From positions 44,278-108,277 of the forward strand of contig CABXOW010000001.1 in NCBI GenBank assembly GCA_902513955.1: a stretch of DNA of 64,000 nucleotides, read 5' to 3'. Below, one piece after another: positions 38,952 through 48,338 of this stretch; position 1 is the first letter of the stretch, and each line of letters opens with the position of its first letter. Made by a program: the position numbers and the translations under genes. The stretch is from an uncultured Pelagibacteraceae bacterium. Lineage in GTDB: Bacteria > Pseudomonadota > Alphaproteobacteria > Pelagibacterales > Pelagibacteraceae. The notes under the pieces are model-generated. The model had not been told where the DNA came from, searched no databases, and saw only the letters and a program-made list of their open reading frames with translations.

Positions 38952-39908
38952 ATGAAAAAAATATTAATTATACAACCTATTCATGAAGCTGGTATTGAAT
39001 TATTAAAAAAAAATCCAGACTATGAATTTGAAGTTGTTGAAAAAATTGACCCTGAATTTTTAAAAACAAAAATAAAAAATTGTGATGGCGCATCTATTAG
39101 AACTGCAAAATTACCCGGTAATGTAATTGAAACTGCAAACAATTTAAAGATTATTTCAAGACATGGTGTTGGATACGACAATATCGATTTAGAAGTTTCT
39201 AAAAAAAAGAACTTAACTCTTGCTATTACTGCAACAGCTAATGCAATTGCTGTAGCTGAACATGTAATGTTTATGCTGCTAAATATATCCAAAAGAAAAA
39301 ATATGTATGATGACACTGTTAAAGAAGGAAAATTTAATGATAGAAATAAACTGCCTAAAACTGTTGAACTATGGAATAAAAATATCCTAATTGCAGGATT
39401 TGGGAGAATAGGTAAAGCTTTAATAAAAAGATGCCTTGGATTTGAAATGAAAGTTTTTGTTTATGATCCCTTTGTTTCTCAAGATATAATAGAAAAACTA
39501 GGCGGAATCAAAGTAGATAGCATGGAAGAAACTTGCAAAGAAATGGATGCTATATCTCTTCACATCCCTTTAAATGATAAAACTAAAAATATAATCAATT
39601 ATGGTTTACTTCAATCTATGAAAAAAAATTGCATCGTAATTAATGCTGCCCGAGGTGGAATTGTTAATGAAGTTGATTTAGATAGAGCTTTAAAAGAAAA
39701 TTTAATTTTTGGCGCTGGTTTAGATGTTTTTGAAACCGAACCACCTGAACAAAATAATCCTTTATTAAAAAATGATAAAGTTTTTTTAAGTCCACATACA
39801 GCTTCTTTCACGGAAGAATGTATGACTAGAATGGGTAAAGAAACTATACAAAATATTATTGATTTTTTTGATAATAAATTAGAAACGTCAAAAATTGTAA
39901 AATTATAA
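38952..39908 (+). CDS. D-2-hydroxyacid dehydrogenase (SerA-like, no ACT domain)
   Basis: RHGVGYDN, GFGRIG, NAARGG, LDVFETEP, SPH motifs; 318 aa. Confidence 0.85.
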   Translation: MKKILIIQPIHEAGIELLKKNPDYEFEVVEKIDPEFLKTKIKNCDGASIRTAKLPGNVIETANNLKIISRHGVGYDNIDLEVSKKKNLTLAITATANAIAVAEHVMFMLLNISKRKNMYDDTVKEGKFNDRNKLPKTVELWNKNILIAGFGRIGKALIKRCLGFEMKVFVYDPFVSQDIIEKLGGIKVDSMEETCKEMDAISLHIPLNDKTKNIINYGLLQSMKKNCIVINAARGGIVNEVDLDRALKENLIFGAGLDVFETEPPEQNNPLLKNDKVFLSPHTASFTEECMTRMGKETIQNIIDFFDNKLETSKIVKL

Positions 39909-40802
39909 AATAATATCTAAATCTACTTCTTTACAAACTTTAGACAAATAATTAAATCCGATTTTGGCATACTCTAAAGGATTTGCTTTAGACGGATCCT
40001 GTTCTGCTTCAACTACTAACCAGCCATTATAATCATTTCTTTTTAAAAAATTTAATAAAGGTTTATAATCAATACATCCATCTCCAGGAACTGTAAAAGC
40101 ACCTTCTAAAAAAGCTTGTCTAAAACTTAAATCTTTTTCTAATGATTTATTTAAAATATTTTTTCTCATGTCTTTGCAATGAATGTGAACAACTCTTTCT
40201 TTAAAATTTTCAGCTACTTCAATAGAATTTCCTCCAGCAAAAAGCATATGTCCAGTGTCTAAAATTAATTTAACTTGATCATTAGTGCTTTCTAAAAGTC
40301 TTTCTGTATCTTTTTGTGATTCAATTACTGTCCCCATATGATGATGATAAGCTAATGGCATACCCTGGTCTTCTAGATATTTTCCAATTTCTGAAATTTT
40401 TCTACAAAAATTACTCCATTCTTCATTATCCATTTGAGGTCTAGTTGATAAAGGTCTATTTGGATCACCCGCAATAGAATCAGAAACTTCTGCAAAAACT
40501 ATACAAGGTGCTTTACAGTCTTGAAAAAGTTTTAGCTGTTCTTGAATTGCAACAATTTCATCTTTCACAGAATTTTTTCTTAAATTTGCTCCATACCATC
40601 CTGAACATAATCTTAAGTTATATTTTTCTAATAAAGGGATAAGTTCTTCAGATTTTTTTGGGAATTTACCACCAGACTCTATTCCTGAAAATCCAGCTTC
40701 ATTTGCCTCTGAAAGACATTGTTCTAAAGGAGTGTCTCCTCCTAGTTCAGGCATGTCATCATTGCTCCATGCTATTGGTGCTATTCCTAATTTTACTGAC
40801 AT
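39903..40802 (-). CDS. iolE: myo-inosose-2 dehydratase
   Basis: GIAPIAWSNDD, YHHHMGT, DTGH, HCKD, VPGDG, VVEAEQDP. Start placed at MSVKL. Confidence 0.93.
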   Translation of the reverse strand: MSVKLGIAPIAWSNDDMPELGGDTPLEQCLSEANEAGFSGIESGGKFPKKSEELIPLLEKYNLRLCSGWYGANLRKNSVKDEIVAIQEQLKLFQDCKAPCIVFAEVSDSIAGDPNRPLSTRPQMDNEEWSNFCRKISEIGKYLEDQGMPLAYHHHMGTVIESQKDTERLLESTNDQVKLILDTGHMLFAGGNSIEVAENFKERVVHIHCKDMRKNILNKSLEKDLSFRQAFLEGAFTVPGDGCIDYKPLLNFLKRNDYNGWLVVEAEQDPSKANPLEYAKIGFNYLSKVCKEVDLDIIL

Positions 40803-40842
40803 AATATTTCTTTTTGTTATGATATATGAAACTGTAAACACA

Positions 40843-41976
40843 ATGAAAACAAAAAAATTATCTTTAGGAATAGTTGGTGGGGGTCCAAATTCTTGGATTG
40901 GCCATGTACATAGAATTTCAGCGAGATTTGATGATCGTTATAAAATAGTTGCTGGTGTTTTTTCAAGAAATTCAAAATTATCAATAAGTTTTGGGGAAAG
41001 TATAGGGATTAAAAAAGACAGATGTTACTCAAACTACAAAGAAATGGCTGATAAAGAGTCCAAAAGAAATGACGGTATTGAGGTAGTTTCAATAATGACA
41101 CCTCCTGCAAGTCATCAAGTTATAGCTGAAAAATTTATAGATAAAAATATTCACATTATCTCTGATAAGCCTTTTGCAGGAAATTTAAAGCAAGCTAAAA
41201 AATTATATAAAAAAATTAAATCTAATAAAAAAATTAAATATGCTCTAACTCATAATTATTCCTCTTATCCTATGGTAAGAGAAGCTAAGGTGCTAATTGA
41301 AAAAGGAAAAATTGGTAAGGTTGAATATATTAACGTTGAATATATTCAAGATTGGTCTGGAGGAGCAAAAATAACTTCTAAAAATGCAAAGAAAAAATTA
41401 AAATGGAAAATAGATAATAAAATAGTTGGAGCTTCGGCTGTACTTAATGAAATTGGAACACACGCATATCATTTAGCCTTATATATTTCTGGATTAAAAG
41501 GAAAACAAGTATTTGCTGATATAAAACAAATTTCAAATAAAATTAAGATGGATGATAACGCCCAAGTAATGATCAATTTTACTAATGGAGCTAAAGGGAT
41601 GTTTTGGACTAGCGTAATGGCAAGAGGCGGTGTTTATGGTTTAAAAATAAGAATATTTGGTTCTAAAGGTAGTTTGGAATGGGTACAAAACGATCCTGGT
41701 TATTTAAAATTAAACCCTGGAAAAGGAGCTGTTAAATTGCTTGAAAGAGGATTTCATAATGCAGAATTATCTAAAAAATTTTCAAGAATTAAATTTGGTC
41801 ATCCGGAAGGTTATTTAGATGCTTTTGCAAATATCTACAAAGAATTTTCTGACTCATTAAAAACTAAATCTAAAAAAAGATTTTTTTACCCAAATGAAGA
41901 TGAGGGACTAGAAACGGCAAAGTTTATAAATGCCTGCAAAGTTTCTTCTAGAAGAAAAAGATGGGTAAAAATATAA
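40843..41976 (+). CDS. Gfo/Idh/MocA oxidoreductase (inositol-cluster type)
   Basis: GGG..SWIGHVHR, DKP, HNY..YPMV, EYIQDW, GTHA, GHPEGY motifs. Start placed at MKTKK. Confidence 0.87.
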   Translation: MKTKKLSLGIVGGGPNSWIGHVHRISARFDDRYKIVAGVFSRNSKLSISFGESIGIKKDRCYSNYKEMADKESKRNDGIEVVSIMTPPASHQVIAEKFIDKNIHIISDKPFAGNLKQAKKLYKKIKSNKKIKYALTHNYSSYPMVREAKVLIEKGKIGKVEYINVEYIQDWSGGAKITSKNAKKKLKWKIDNKIVGASAVLNEIGTHAYHLALYISGLKGKQVFADIKQISNKIKMDDNAQVMINFTNGAKGMFWTSVMARGGVYGLKIRIFGSKGSLEWVQNDPGYLKLNPGKGAVKLLERGFHNAELSKKFSRIKFGHPEGYLDAFANIYKEFSDSLKTKSKKRFFYPNEDEGLETAKFINACKVSSRRKRWVKI

Positions 41977-42974
41977 TTAATATCGCCTTATTTGGCCTTG
42001 GAAGGATTGGTCAAATGCATGCTGAAAATTTAATCAATCATCCTGAATTTAATTTAAAATATGTTTTTGATATAGATAAAAAATTAACAAAAAAATTATC
42101 CAAAAAATATCAATGTATACCTATTAAAAACCCTTCTATAGCTTTGAAAGATAAAAATATTAAAAGTATTTTTATATCTACAAGTACCAAAACTCATTTA
42201 AAATTTATAGAAGAGGCAGTTAAAAATAAAAAAATCGTTTTCTGTGAAAAACCTTTGGACTTAAATTTAAAAAAGATTAATCAATGTAAAAAAAATATTG
42301 CTAAATATAATCCTAAAATTCAAATAGGCTTTAATAGAAGATATGACCCTGCGCATAATTCTTTAAAAAAAAATTTACTTAAAGGTAAAATAGGCAAATT
42401 AGAAAAGATAATAATAACAAGTCGTGACCCTGCTCCACCTCCATTGAATTATTTAATGACATCTGGTGGTATATTTAAAGACATGATGATACACGATTTT
42501 GATTTAGCCAGGTATTATGCTGGATCAGATGAATTTAATTCTTTATTTGCAACAGGTAAATATTTTACTGATAAAAAATTTAAAAAAATTAAAGATTTAG
42601 AATTAGCCACTGTAGTAATGAAGTCAAAAAAAGGTGTGCAATGTATCATTACAAACTCTAGACACTGTAGCTTTGGATATGATCAACGAATTGAACTCTT
42701 TGGTTCTAAAGGTATGATAATTTCTGACAATCAAAGAGATCAGGAGACTTCCTTTTATTCTAAAAATTCAACTAATAATAAATCTACTTTCAAAAATTTT
42801 TTTATTGAAAGATATTCTGACGCTTACAAAATTCAGTTAAATGATTTGGCAAAACTCTGCAAAAAAAATATTAAACCATTAGCAAATTTTGAAGATGGTA
42901 GATTATCATTAATCTTAGCAGAGACTGCTAATAAGTCTTTAAAAACAAAAAAATTAGAGAAAGTTAAATTTTAG
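41961..42974 (+). CDS. iolG: myo-inositol 2-dehydrogenase
   Basis: GLGRIG, FCEKP, GFNRRYD, TSRDP, SGGIFKDMMIHDFD, GYDQR.E motifs. Confidence 0.88.
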   Translation: MGKNIINIALFGLGRIGQMHAENLINHPEFNLKYVFDIDKKLTKKLSKKYQCIPIKNPSIALKDKNIKSIFISTSTKTHLKFIEEAVKNKKIVFCEKPLDLNLKKINQCKKNIAKYNPKIQIGFNRRYDPAHNSLKKNLLKGKIGKLEKIIITSRDPAPPPLNYLMTSGGIFKDMMIHDFDLARYYAGSDEFNSLFATGKYFTDKKFKKIKDLELATVVMKSKKGVQCIITNSRHCSFGYDQRIELFGSKGMIISDNQRDQETSFYSKNSTNNKSTFKNFFIERYSDAYKIQLNDLAKLCKKNIKPLANFEDGRLSLILAETANKSLKTKKLEKVKF

Positions 42975-43040
42975 TTAATAATTTCATAAAGAATTTTATG
43001 CATGTTATTTTAAATTAGAATATATTATAAAATATAACTT

Positions 43041-44033
43041 ATGAATATTCTTAAAGATAGTTTCGGCAGAACATTTCCTTATATTAGAATGTCAATTACA
43101 GATGTTTGTAATTTTAAATGTGGTTATTGTTTACCAAATGGTTATCAAATTGATAGGAGTGATAGTAGAAAATTTCTTCATTTGGATGAAATTAAACGTC
43201 TTGCAAAATGCTTTTCCGAATTAGGAGTTCGTAAAATTAGAATTACAGGTGGTGAACCAACAGTAAGAAAAGATTTTTATGAAATTATCAGAATTTTAAA
43301 AATTGAATCTGGAATAAAAAATGTTGTAATTACGACAAACGGTTATCACTTAGATAGAAAAGCAAAATTTTTAGCAAATACTGGCCTAAATGGAATAAAT
43401 ATAAGTATAGACAGTCTTAACCGTGAAACTTTTAAAAATATTACCGGTCATGATAGATTGCCAGAAATTTTGCAAGGAATAAAAAATTTACAAGACTTTG
43501 GGTTTGAAAATATTAAAATTAATGGTGTTCTTCTAAATGAAATTAACTCAACAAAAAAAGATTTTGATGAATGGTCAAACTTTATTCAAAATAATAAAAT
43601 TGATTTTAGATATATAGAATTAATGCAAACAGGTGACAATTTAGAATATTTCAAAAAATACCATATTCCATCTAAAGTATTTAAAAATTATTTAGATGAA
43701 AATAAATGGATTTACCAAACTTTCGGAAAAGATGCGGGTCCTTCTTTAAATTATATAAATCCCGAATATAAAGGTAAGTTTGGAATAATTGCTCCTTATT
43801 CAAAAGATTTTTGTAAAAGTTGTAATCGTTTAAGAATTACATCTAGGGGAGATTTAAGACTTTGTTTATTTGGAAATACTGGAATAAGCGTTAGGCACTT
43901 ATTACAAAACGATAATCAACTTAGTGAATTAAAAGATCTTATCTTAAAACAAATGCAATTTAAAAAAGAATCTCATTACTTAGAACTTGGAAAAACAGGT
44001 TCTACTAAAAATTTATCTAAAACTGGAGGATAA
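43041..44033 (+). CDS. moaA: GTP 3',8-cyclase
   Basis: CNFKCGYC radical SAM motif, TGGEP, FCKSCNRLR...C, C-terminal GG. Confidence 0.95.
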   Translation: MNILKDSFGRTFPYIRMSITDVCNFKCGYCLPNGYQIDRSDSRKFLHLDEIKRLAKCFSELGVRKIRITGGEPTVRKDFYEIIRILKIESGIKNVVITTNGYHLDRKAKFLANTGLNGINISIDSLNRETFKNITGHDRLPEILQGIKNLQDFGFENIKINGVLLNEINSTKKDFDEWSNFIQNNKIDFRYIELMQTGDNLEYFKKYHIPSKVFKNYLDENKWIYQTFGKDAGPSLNYINPEYKGKFGIIAPYSKDFCKSCNRLRITSRGDLRLCLFGNTGISVRHLLQNDNQLSELKDLILKQMQFKKESHYLELGKTGSTKNLSKTGG

Positions 44034-44579
44034 TTGACTAAATTAAAAATAGTTAAGCAAAATGAATTAAAAGATTGGGCAAAAGAAATTTTTAAAAAAA
44101 ATTCTTTTAATATGGTTGATGTTTCATCAAAAAAAGAAACATTTAGAAGAGCTTTAGCCTCTGGAAAAATTTTTGTTGGTAACAAAGTTTTTGAATTAAT
44201 TAAAAATAAGCAAATGCCAAAAGGTGATCCTATAACTTTAGCGGAAGTATCTGCTGTATTAGGTGTTAAAAAAACAAGTGAACTAATACCACTTTGCCAT
44301 CCTTTACCGATCGATCATACAGCTACTAAGATTATTATGCATGACAAAGATAATTCGCTTGAAGTTTTTTGTGTAGTATCTGCTTATGCAAAAACTGGTG
44401 TAGAAATGGAAGCAATTATGGGAGTAAATGCTGCGCTAATTACAATTTATGATTTGAGCAAAATAGTTAACCCTCATCTTAAAATTGATAACGTTAAACT
44501 GTTGATTAAAGAAGGTGGTAAAAGTGGTTTATGGACAAACCCTGATGGTCTACCAAAGTTTTTAAAAGATTTATTTTAA
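44034..44579 (+). CDS. moaC: Cyclic pyranopterin monophosphate synthase
   Basis: MVDVS.K, LIPLCHP, TGVEMEA, KEGGKSG motifs. Confidence 0.93.
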   Translation: MTKLKIVKQNELKDWAKEIFKKNSFNMVDVSSKKETFRRALASGKIFVGNKVFELIKNKQMPKGDPITLAEVSAVLGVKKTSELIPLCHPLPIDHTATKIIMHDKDNSLEVFCVVSAYAKTGVEMEAIMGVNAALITIYDLSKIVNPHLKIDNVKLLIKEGGKSGLWTNPDGLPKFLKDLF

Positions 44580-44583
44580 TTTA

Positions 44584-44853
44584 ATGAAGATAAAAATAGA
44601 ATTATTTGGATCAAGCAGAGATTTTAGCAATCAAGGTTCATTAGAATTTAATGTCGATAATAATTCAACTATTAAAGATATCAGATCTAAAATAATAAAT
44701 TATTTAGATAAAAATTTTAATGGTAATAAAAATTTTAAAAAAATAGTAAATTCGTCTGCGTTTTGCTCAGAAAAAAATAAGATCGTAAGTGATAATTATA
44801 AAATAACAAACAATGAGAAGATTGCTATTATACCACCTATCGGAGGGGGTTAA
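44584..44853 (+). CDS. moaD: Molybdopterin synthase sulfur carrier
   Basis: Small ubiquitin-like protein ending IIPPIGGG. Confidence 0.88.
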   Translation: MKIKIELFGSSRDFSNQGSLEFNVDNNSTIKDIRSKIINYLDKNFNGNKNFKKIVNSSAFCSEKNKIVSDNYKITNNEKIAIIPPIGGG

Positions 44854-45305
44854 TGCTTCATAGTAAAATAATTAATTCAAAAGATAATAAATTATCAATT
44901 TCAAAAGCTGAAAATTTTATCTCATCTTCTAAGTTCGGAGCTTCAATTTTTTTTACCGGAACAGTACGTGATCAAAATAATAATAAAACTGTAACTGGTA
45001 TTACTTATGATAGTCATGATGAATTAGTCGTTAAAAGTTTTGAAGAAATCTACAATGAAGTAGATAAAAAATTAAATATCAAAGATAAAGCAGTATTTAT
45101 TGAACATATTAAAGGTTACTTAAAACTTGGAGAAATTAGCATTATCATTGCTGTTGCTTGCAAACATCGTGAGGAATCTTATGTTTTATCAAGATATATA
45201 ATTGAAGAAATTAAAAAAAAATCTCCTATATGGAAAAAAGAACATTATACCAATGATGAAAGCGCTTGGTTAAAAGGAAACCCCATACTACATGAAAAAA
45301 ATTAA
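44853..45305 (+). CDS. moaE: Molybdopterin synthase catalytic subunit
   Basis: FTGTVR, HR, PIWKKE motifs. Confidence 0.92.
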   Translation: MLHSKIINSKDNKLSISKAENFISSSKFGASIFFTGTVRDQNNNKTVTGITYDSHDELVVKSFEEIYNEVDKKLNIKDKAVFIEHIKGYLKLGEISIIIAVACKHREESYVLSRYIIEEIKKKSPIWKKEHYTNDESAWLKGNPILHEKN

Positions 45306-46203
45306 ATATTCAGAAATCACACCTGAAAAAATATATAATAGAAGAAGAGAGTTTATTAAAAGATTTGGAATAACTACTGGTTCATTAATTATAGGTCAAA
45401 ACATAATTAATACGGCAAATGCATCAACTAACAACTTGGAGAAAAAAATTACTGAATATAGATATATCACTACTTATAATAATTACTATGAATTTGGGAC
45501 TAGAAAATCCGACCCAGTAGAAAAATCTCAAAACTTTAAGACAAAACCCTGGGAAATAACAATAGATGGTGAAGTTGAAAAAAAAATTACTTTAACTATT
45601 CAGGAAATAAAAAACATGTTCCCAAGTGAAGAACGAATTTACAGATTAAGATGTGTTGAAGGATGGTCAATGATTATACCTTGGCTTGGATTTTCTCTAA
45701 GTAAAATTTTAGAAAAAGCCTCACCAACAAGTAAAGGTAAGTTTGTTGAATTTACTTCTGTCTATGATCCAGAACAAATGCCTGGTCAACGTTATCCAAT
45801 TCTCAAATGGCCATACAAAGAAGGGTTAAGAATTGATGAAGCGTTGCATCCTTTAACAACGCTAGTAACAGGTCTTTATAATAAAGATCTTCCAAATCAA
45901 AATGGAGCACCATTAAGACTAATTATTCCTTGGAAATATGGATTTAAAAGTACAAAAGCGATAGTAAATATTAAATTAGTTGAAAAAATGCCAACCTCCT
46001 CTTGGATGAGAGCCTCACCAAAAGAATATGGATTTTATTCAAATGTTAATCCTAACGTAGATCATCCAAGATGGTCTCAAGCTTCAGAGCGAGTTGTTGG
46101 TTCAGGAATTTTGAGCGAAAGAATTCCTACTCAAATGTTTAATGGTTATGGAGACGAAGTAGCTAATCTTTACTCAGGTATGGATTTAAAAAAATATTTT
46201 TAA
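45292..46203 (+). CDS. msrP: Periplasmic protein-methionine-sulfoxide reductase, catalytic subunit
   Basis: SEITP, Tat RRREF, YNNYYEFG, RCVEGWS, QNGAPLR, NPNVDHPRWSQ motifs. Confidence 0.93.
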   Translation: MKKIKYSEITPEKIYNRRREFIKRFGITTGSLIIGQNIINTANASTNNLEKKITEYRYITTYNNYYEFGTRKSDPVEKSQNFKTKPWEITIDGEVEKKITLTIQEIKNMFPSEERIYRLRCVEGWSMIIPWLGFSLSKILEKASPTSKGKFVEFTSVYDPEQMPGQRYPILKWPYKEGLRIDEALHPLTTLVTGLYNKDLPNQNGAPLRLIIPWKYGFKSTKAIVNIKLVEKMPTSSWMRASPKEYGFYSNVNPNVDHPRWSQASERVVGSGILSERIPTQMFNGYGDEVANLYSGMDLKKYF

Positions 46204-46213
46204 ATAAATTACA

Positions 46214-46798
46214 TTGATAAAATATTCCAAAATTTTCATTTTTATTTTATGTTTATGGCCATTAACTACAATTTCTTTAGATATTTATAATAATCAATTA
46301 GGAGCAGAACCTATAAAAAAAATCATGAAGCATTTTGGTGAATGGACTCTAATTTTTATTTGTATAACTTTAGCCATGAGCTCTCTTAAGAGATTTACAA
46401 ATTTTAACTTTTGGATAAAATTTAGAAGAATGTTTGGCTTATTTGTTTTTTTTTATGCAACTATCCATCTGTTAACATATGTGGGTCTAGATTATAGATT
46501 TGATTGGAAGCCAATTTTAAATGATGTTCTGAAAAAGAAATATATTTTTATTGGATTTTCTACTTGGTTATTACTAATTCCTCTAGCAATAACATCTTCT
46601 CAAAAAATGACAAAATTATTAAAACATAACTGGAAAAAATTACACAGACTTATATATGTAATTGCCGTTTTTGGATCTCTTCACTATATTTGGTTATCAA
46701 AGACTATTTTTTTTAAACCATTAATTTACTCTGTAATTATACTTGTTTTGCTTGCTTTAAGAATTAAAATAAAAAAAAAAGATATCAATTATGGATGA
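46214..46798 (+). CDS. msrQ: MsrQ heme-binding membrane subunit
   Basis: RRMFGL, YAT.H, LAITS, WKKLHRLIY motifs; directly after msrP. Confidence 0.9.
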   Translation: MIKYSKIFIFILCLWPLTTISLDIYNNQLGAEPIKKIMKHFGEWTLIFICITLAMSSLKRFTNFNFWIKFRRMFGLFVFFYATIHLLTYVGLDYRFDWKPILNDVLKKKYIFIGFSTWLLLIPLAITSSQKMTKLLKHNWKKLHRLIYVIAVFGSLHYIWLSKTIFFKPLIYSVIILVLLALRIKIKKKDINYG

Positions 46799-47036
46799 TA
46801 ATATAAAAAAAGAAATTCAATCAGCAACTCTTGATAGGTTAATAAAACATCTAGATGAAAGAAAAGATGTTCAAAATATTGATATAATGAATCTTGCTGG
46901 CTTTTGTAGAAATTGTTTATCAAGATGGTTCCGAGAAGAAGCGGAAAAAAAAGGAGTTACAATTTCAGATCCAGATGCAAGAGAACACATTTATGGAATG
47001 CCTTACTCTGAATGGAAAGAAAAATATCAGAAATAA
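46791..47036 (+). CDS. DUF1244 family protein
   Basis: DVQNIDIMNLAGFCRNCL and IYGMPYSEWK signature. Confidence 0.85.
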   Translation: MDDNIKKEIQSATLDRLIKHLDERKDVQNIDIMNLAGFCRNCLSRWFREEAEKKGVTISDPDAREHIYGMPYSEWKEKYQK

Positions 47037-47537
47037 TTATTTTTCTTTTAATCTTGGAAATAACTCAACAAAATTACATGGTTTATGATTAATATCTAGT
47101 TGATGTTTCAAAATTCCATCCCAAGCATCTGTTACACCACCAGAAGAACCAGGTAGAGCAAAAATATATTTTCCATTAGCTAAAACTGCACAAGCTCTTG
47201 ATTGAATTGATGAAGTACCTACAGTTTTTAAACTAATTGTTCTAAAGACTTCACCAAAACCAGGTATATGTTTATCCGCTATTTCATCGATTGCTTCTGG
47301 AGTTATATCTCTTCCTGTTAAGCCTGTTCCACCTGTGGTAATAATAACATCAATATCTTTATGATTAGTCCAATCTTTTAAAATCGTTATAATATCTTCT
47401 TTTCTATCTTTGCAAATTTTTCTATCAATCAATTTATGATTAGCTTCTTTAATCTTATCTACAAGAATACCCCCTGATTTATCATTATCAAAAGTTCTGG
47501 TATCTGTTACAGTTAATAAAGCTATATTTACATTCAT
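47037..47537 (-). CDS. moaB: MoaB/Mog molybdopterin adenylyltransferase
   Basis: TVTDTR, DKSG, TTGGTG..GRD.TPEA, LPGS, PCNFVEL motifs. Confidence 0.88.
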   Translation of the reverse strand: MNVNIALLTVTDTRTFDNDKSGGILVDKIKEANHKLIDRKICKDRKEDIITILKDWTNHKDIDVIITTGGTGLTGRDITPEAIDEIADKHIPGFGEVFRTISLKTVGTSSIQSRACAVLANGKYIFALPGSSGGVTDAWDGILKHQLDINHKPCNFVELFPRLKEK

Positions 47538-47553
47538 AATAAATTTTATAAGT

Positions 47554-48300
47554 ATGATTATATTATCAATATTTTTTTTTATAACAGCAATTTTATATTC
47601 TAGCGTTGGATTTGGTGGAGGATCTACTTATCTTGCACTGATGTTAATTTGGGAATTGCCCTACTATATTTTTCCTATTATAGCTTTATTTTGTAATATC
47701 ATTGTTGTTTCTGGAAACTCAATTAACTACTTAAGATCAGGTGATATAAATCTTAGATTACTAATTCCATATCTCTTTGGATCTATTCCCTTTGCTTTTT
47801 TTGGAGCATCAATCTCAATAGAAAAAGATTTATTTGAAATATTATTATTTTTTGTCTTGGCGATAGCTGGCATCTTCCTATTTATTGAAAACAAAACATT
47901 AAATAATGAACAATTTGAAATCAAAAAGGTTTCCAATATATTGTCTATTTTTATTGGATCTATAATAGGGTTTGTCTCAGGTATTGTTGGGATTGGTGGC
48001 GGAATATTTTTGAGTCCAATATTATTTTTAATGAGAGCAGGATATCCAAAACATATTGCTGCTACTGCATCTTTATTTATCTTAATAAATTCAATTTTTG
48101 GTATAACTGGTCAACTTACTAAAAACATTGTATTTGATGAATTTTTAAACTTTTGGCCTCTTTTCTTGTGTGTTTTAATTGGAGGACAAATTGGAAACTA
48201 TTTAAATATAAAGTTTTTGTCTAATAAAACTCTTGCCTTAATTACTTCACTGCTAGTTATTTTTGTAGCTATAAGAATGGGTGTAAGACTGATATCGTAA
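47554..48300 (+). CDS. TSUP (TauE/SafE) family membrane transporter
   Basis: SSVGFGGGS and GIVGIGGGIFLSP duplicated motifs; about 8 TM segments. Confidence 0.85.
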   Translation: MIILSIFFFITAILYSSVGFGGGSTYLALMLIWELPYYIFPIIALFCNIIVVSGNSINYLRSGDINLRLLIPYLFGSIPFAFFGASISIEKDLFEILLFFVLAIAGIFLFIENKTLNNEQFEIKKVSNILSIFIGSIIGFVSGIVGIGGGIFLSPILFLMRAGYPKHIAATASLFILINSIFGITGQLTKNIVFDEFLNFWPLFLCVLIGGQIGNYLNIKFLSNKTLALITSLLVIFVAIRMGVRLIS

Positions 48301-48338
48301 ACTTGATTTAAGTATCTATTAATATATTTAATTTTGAA

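Noticed and set aside
38952-39908. Housekeeping serA
   Set aside because: It lacks an ACT domain and sits in a catabolic operon, so only a family-level call is supportable.
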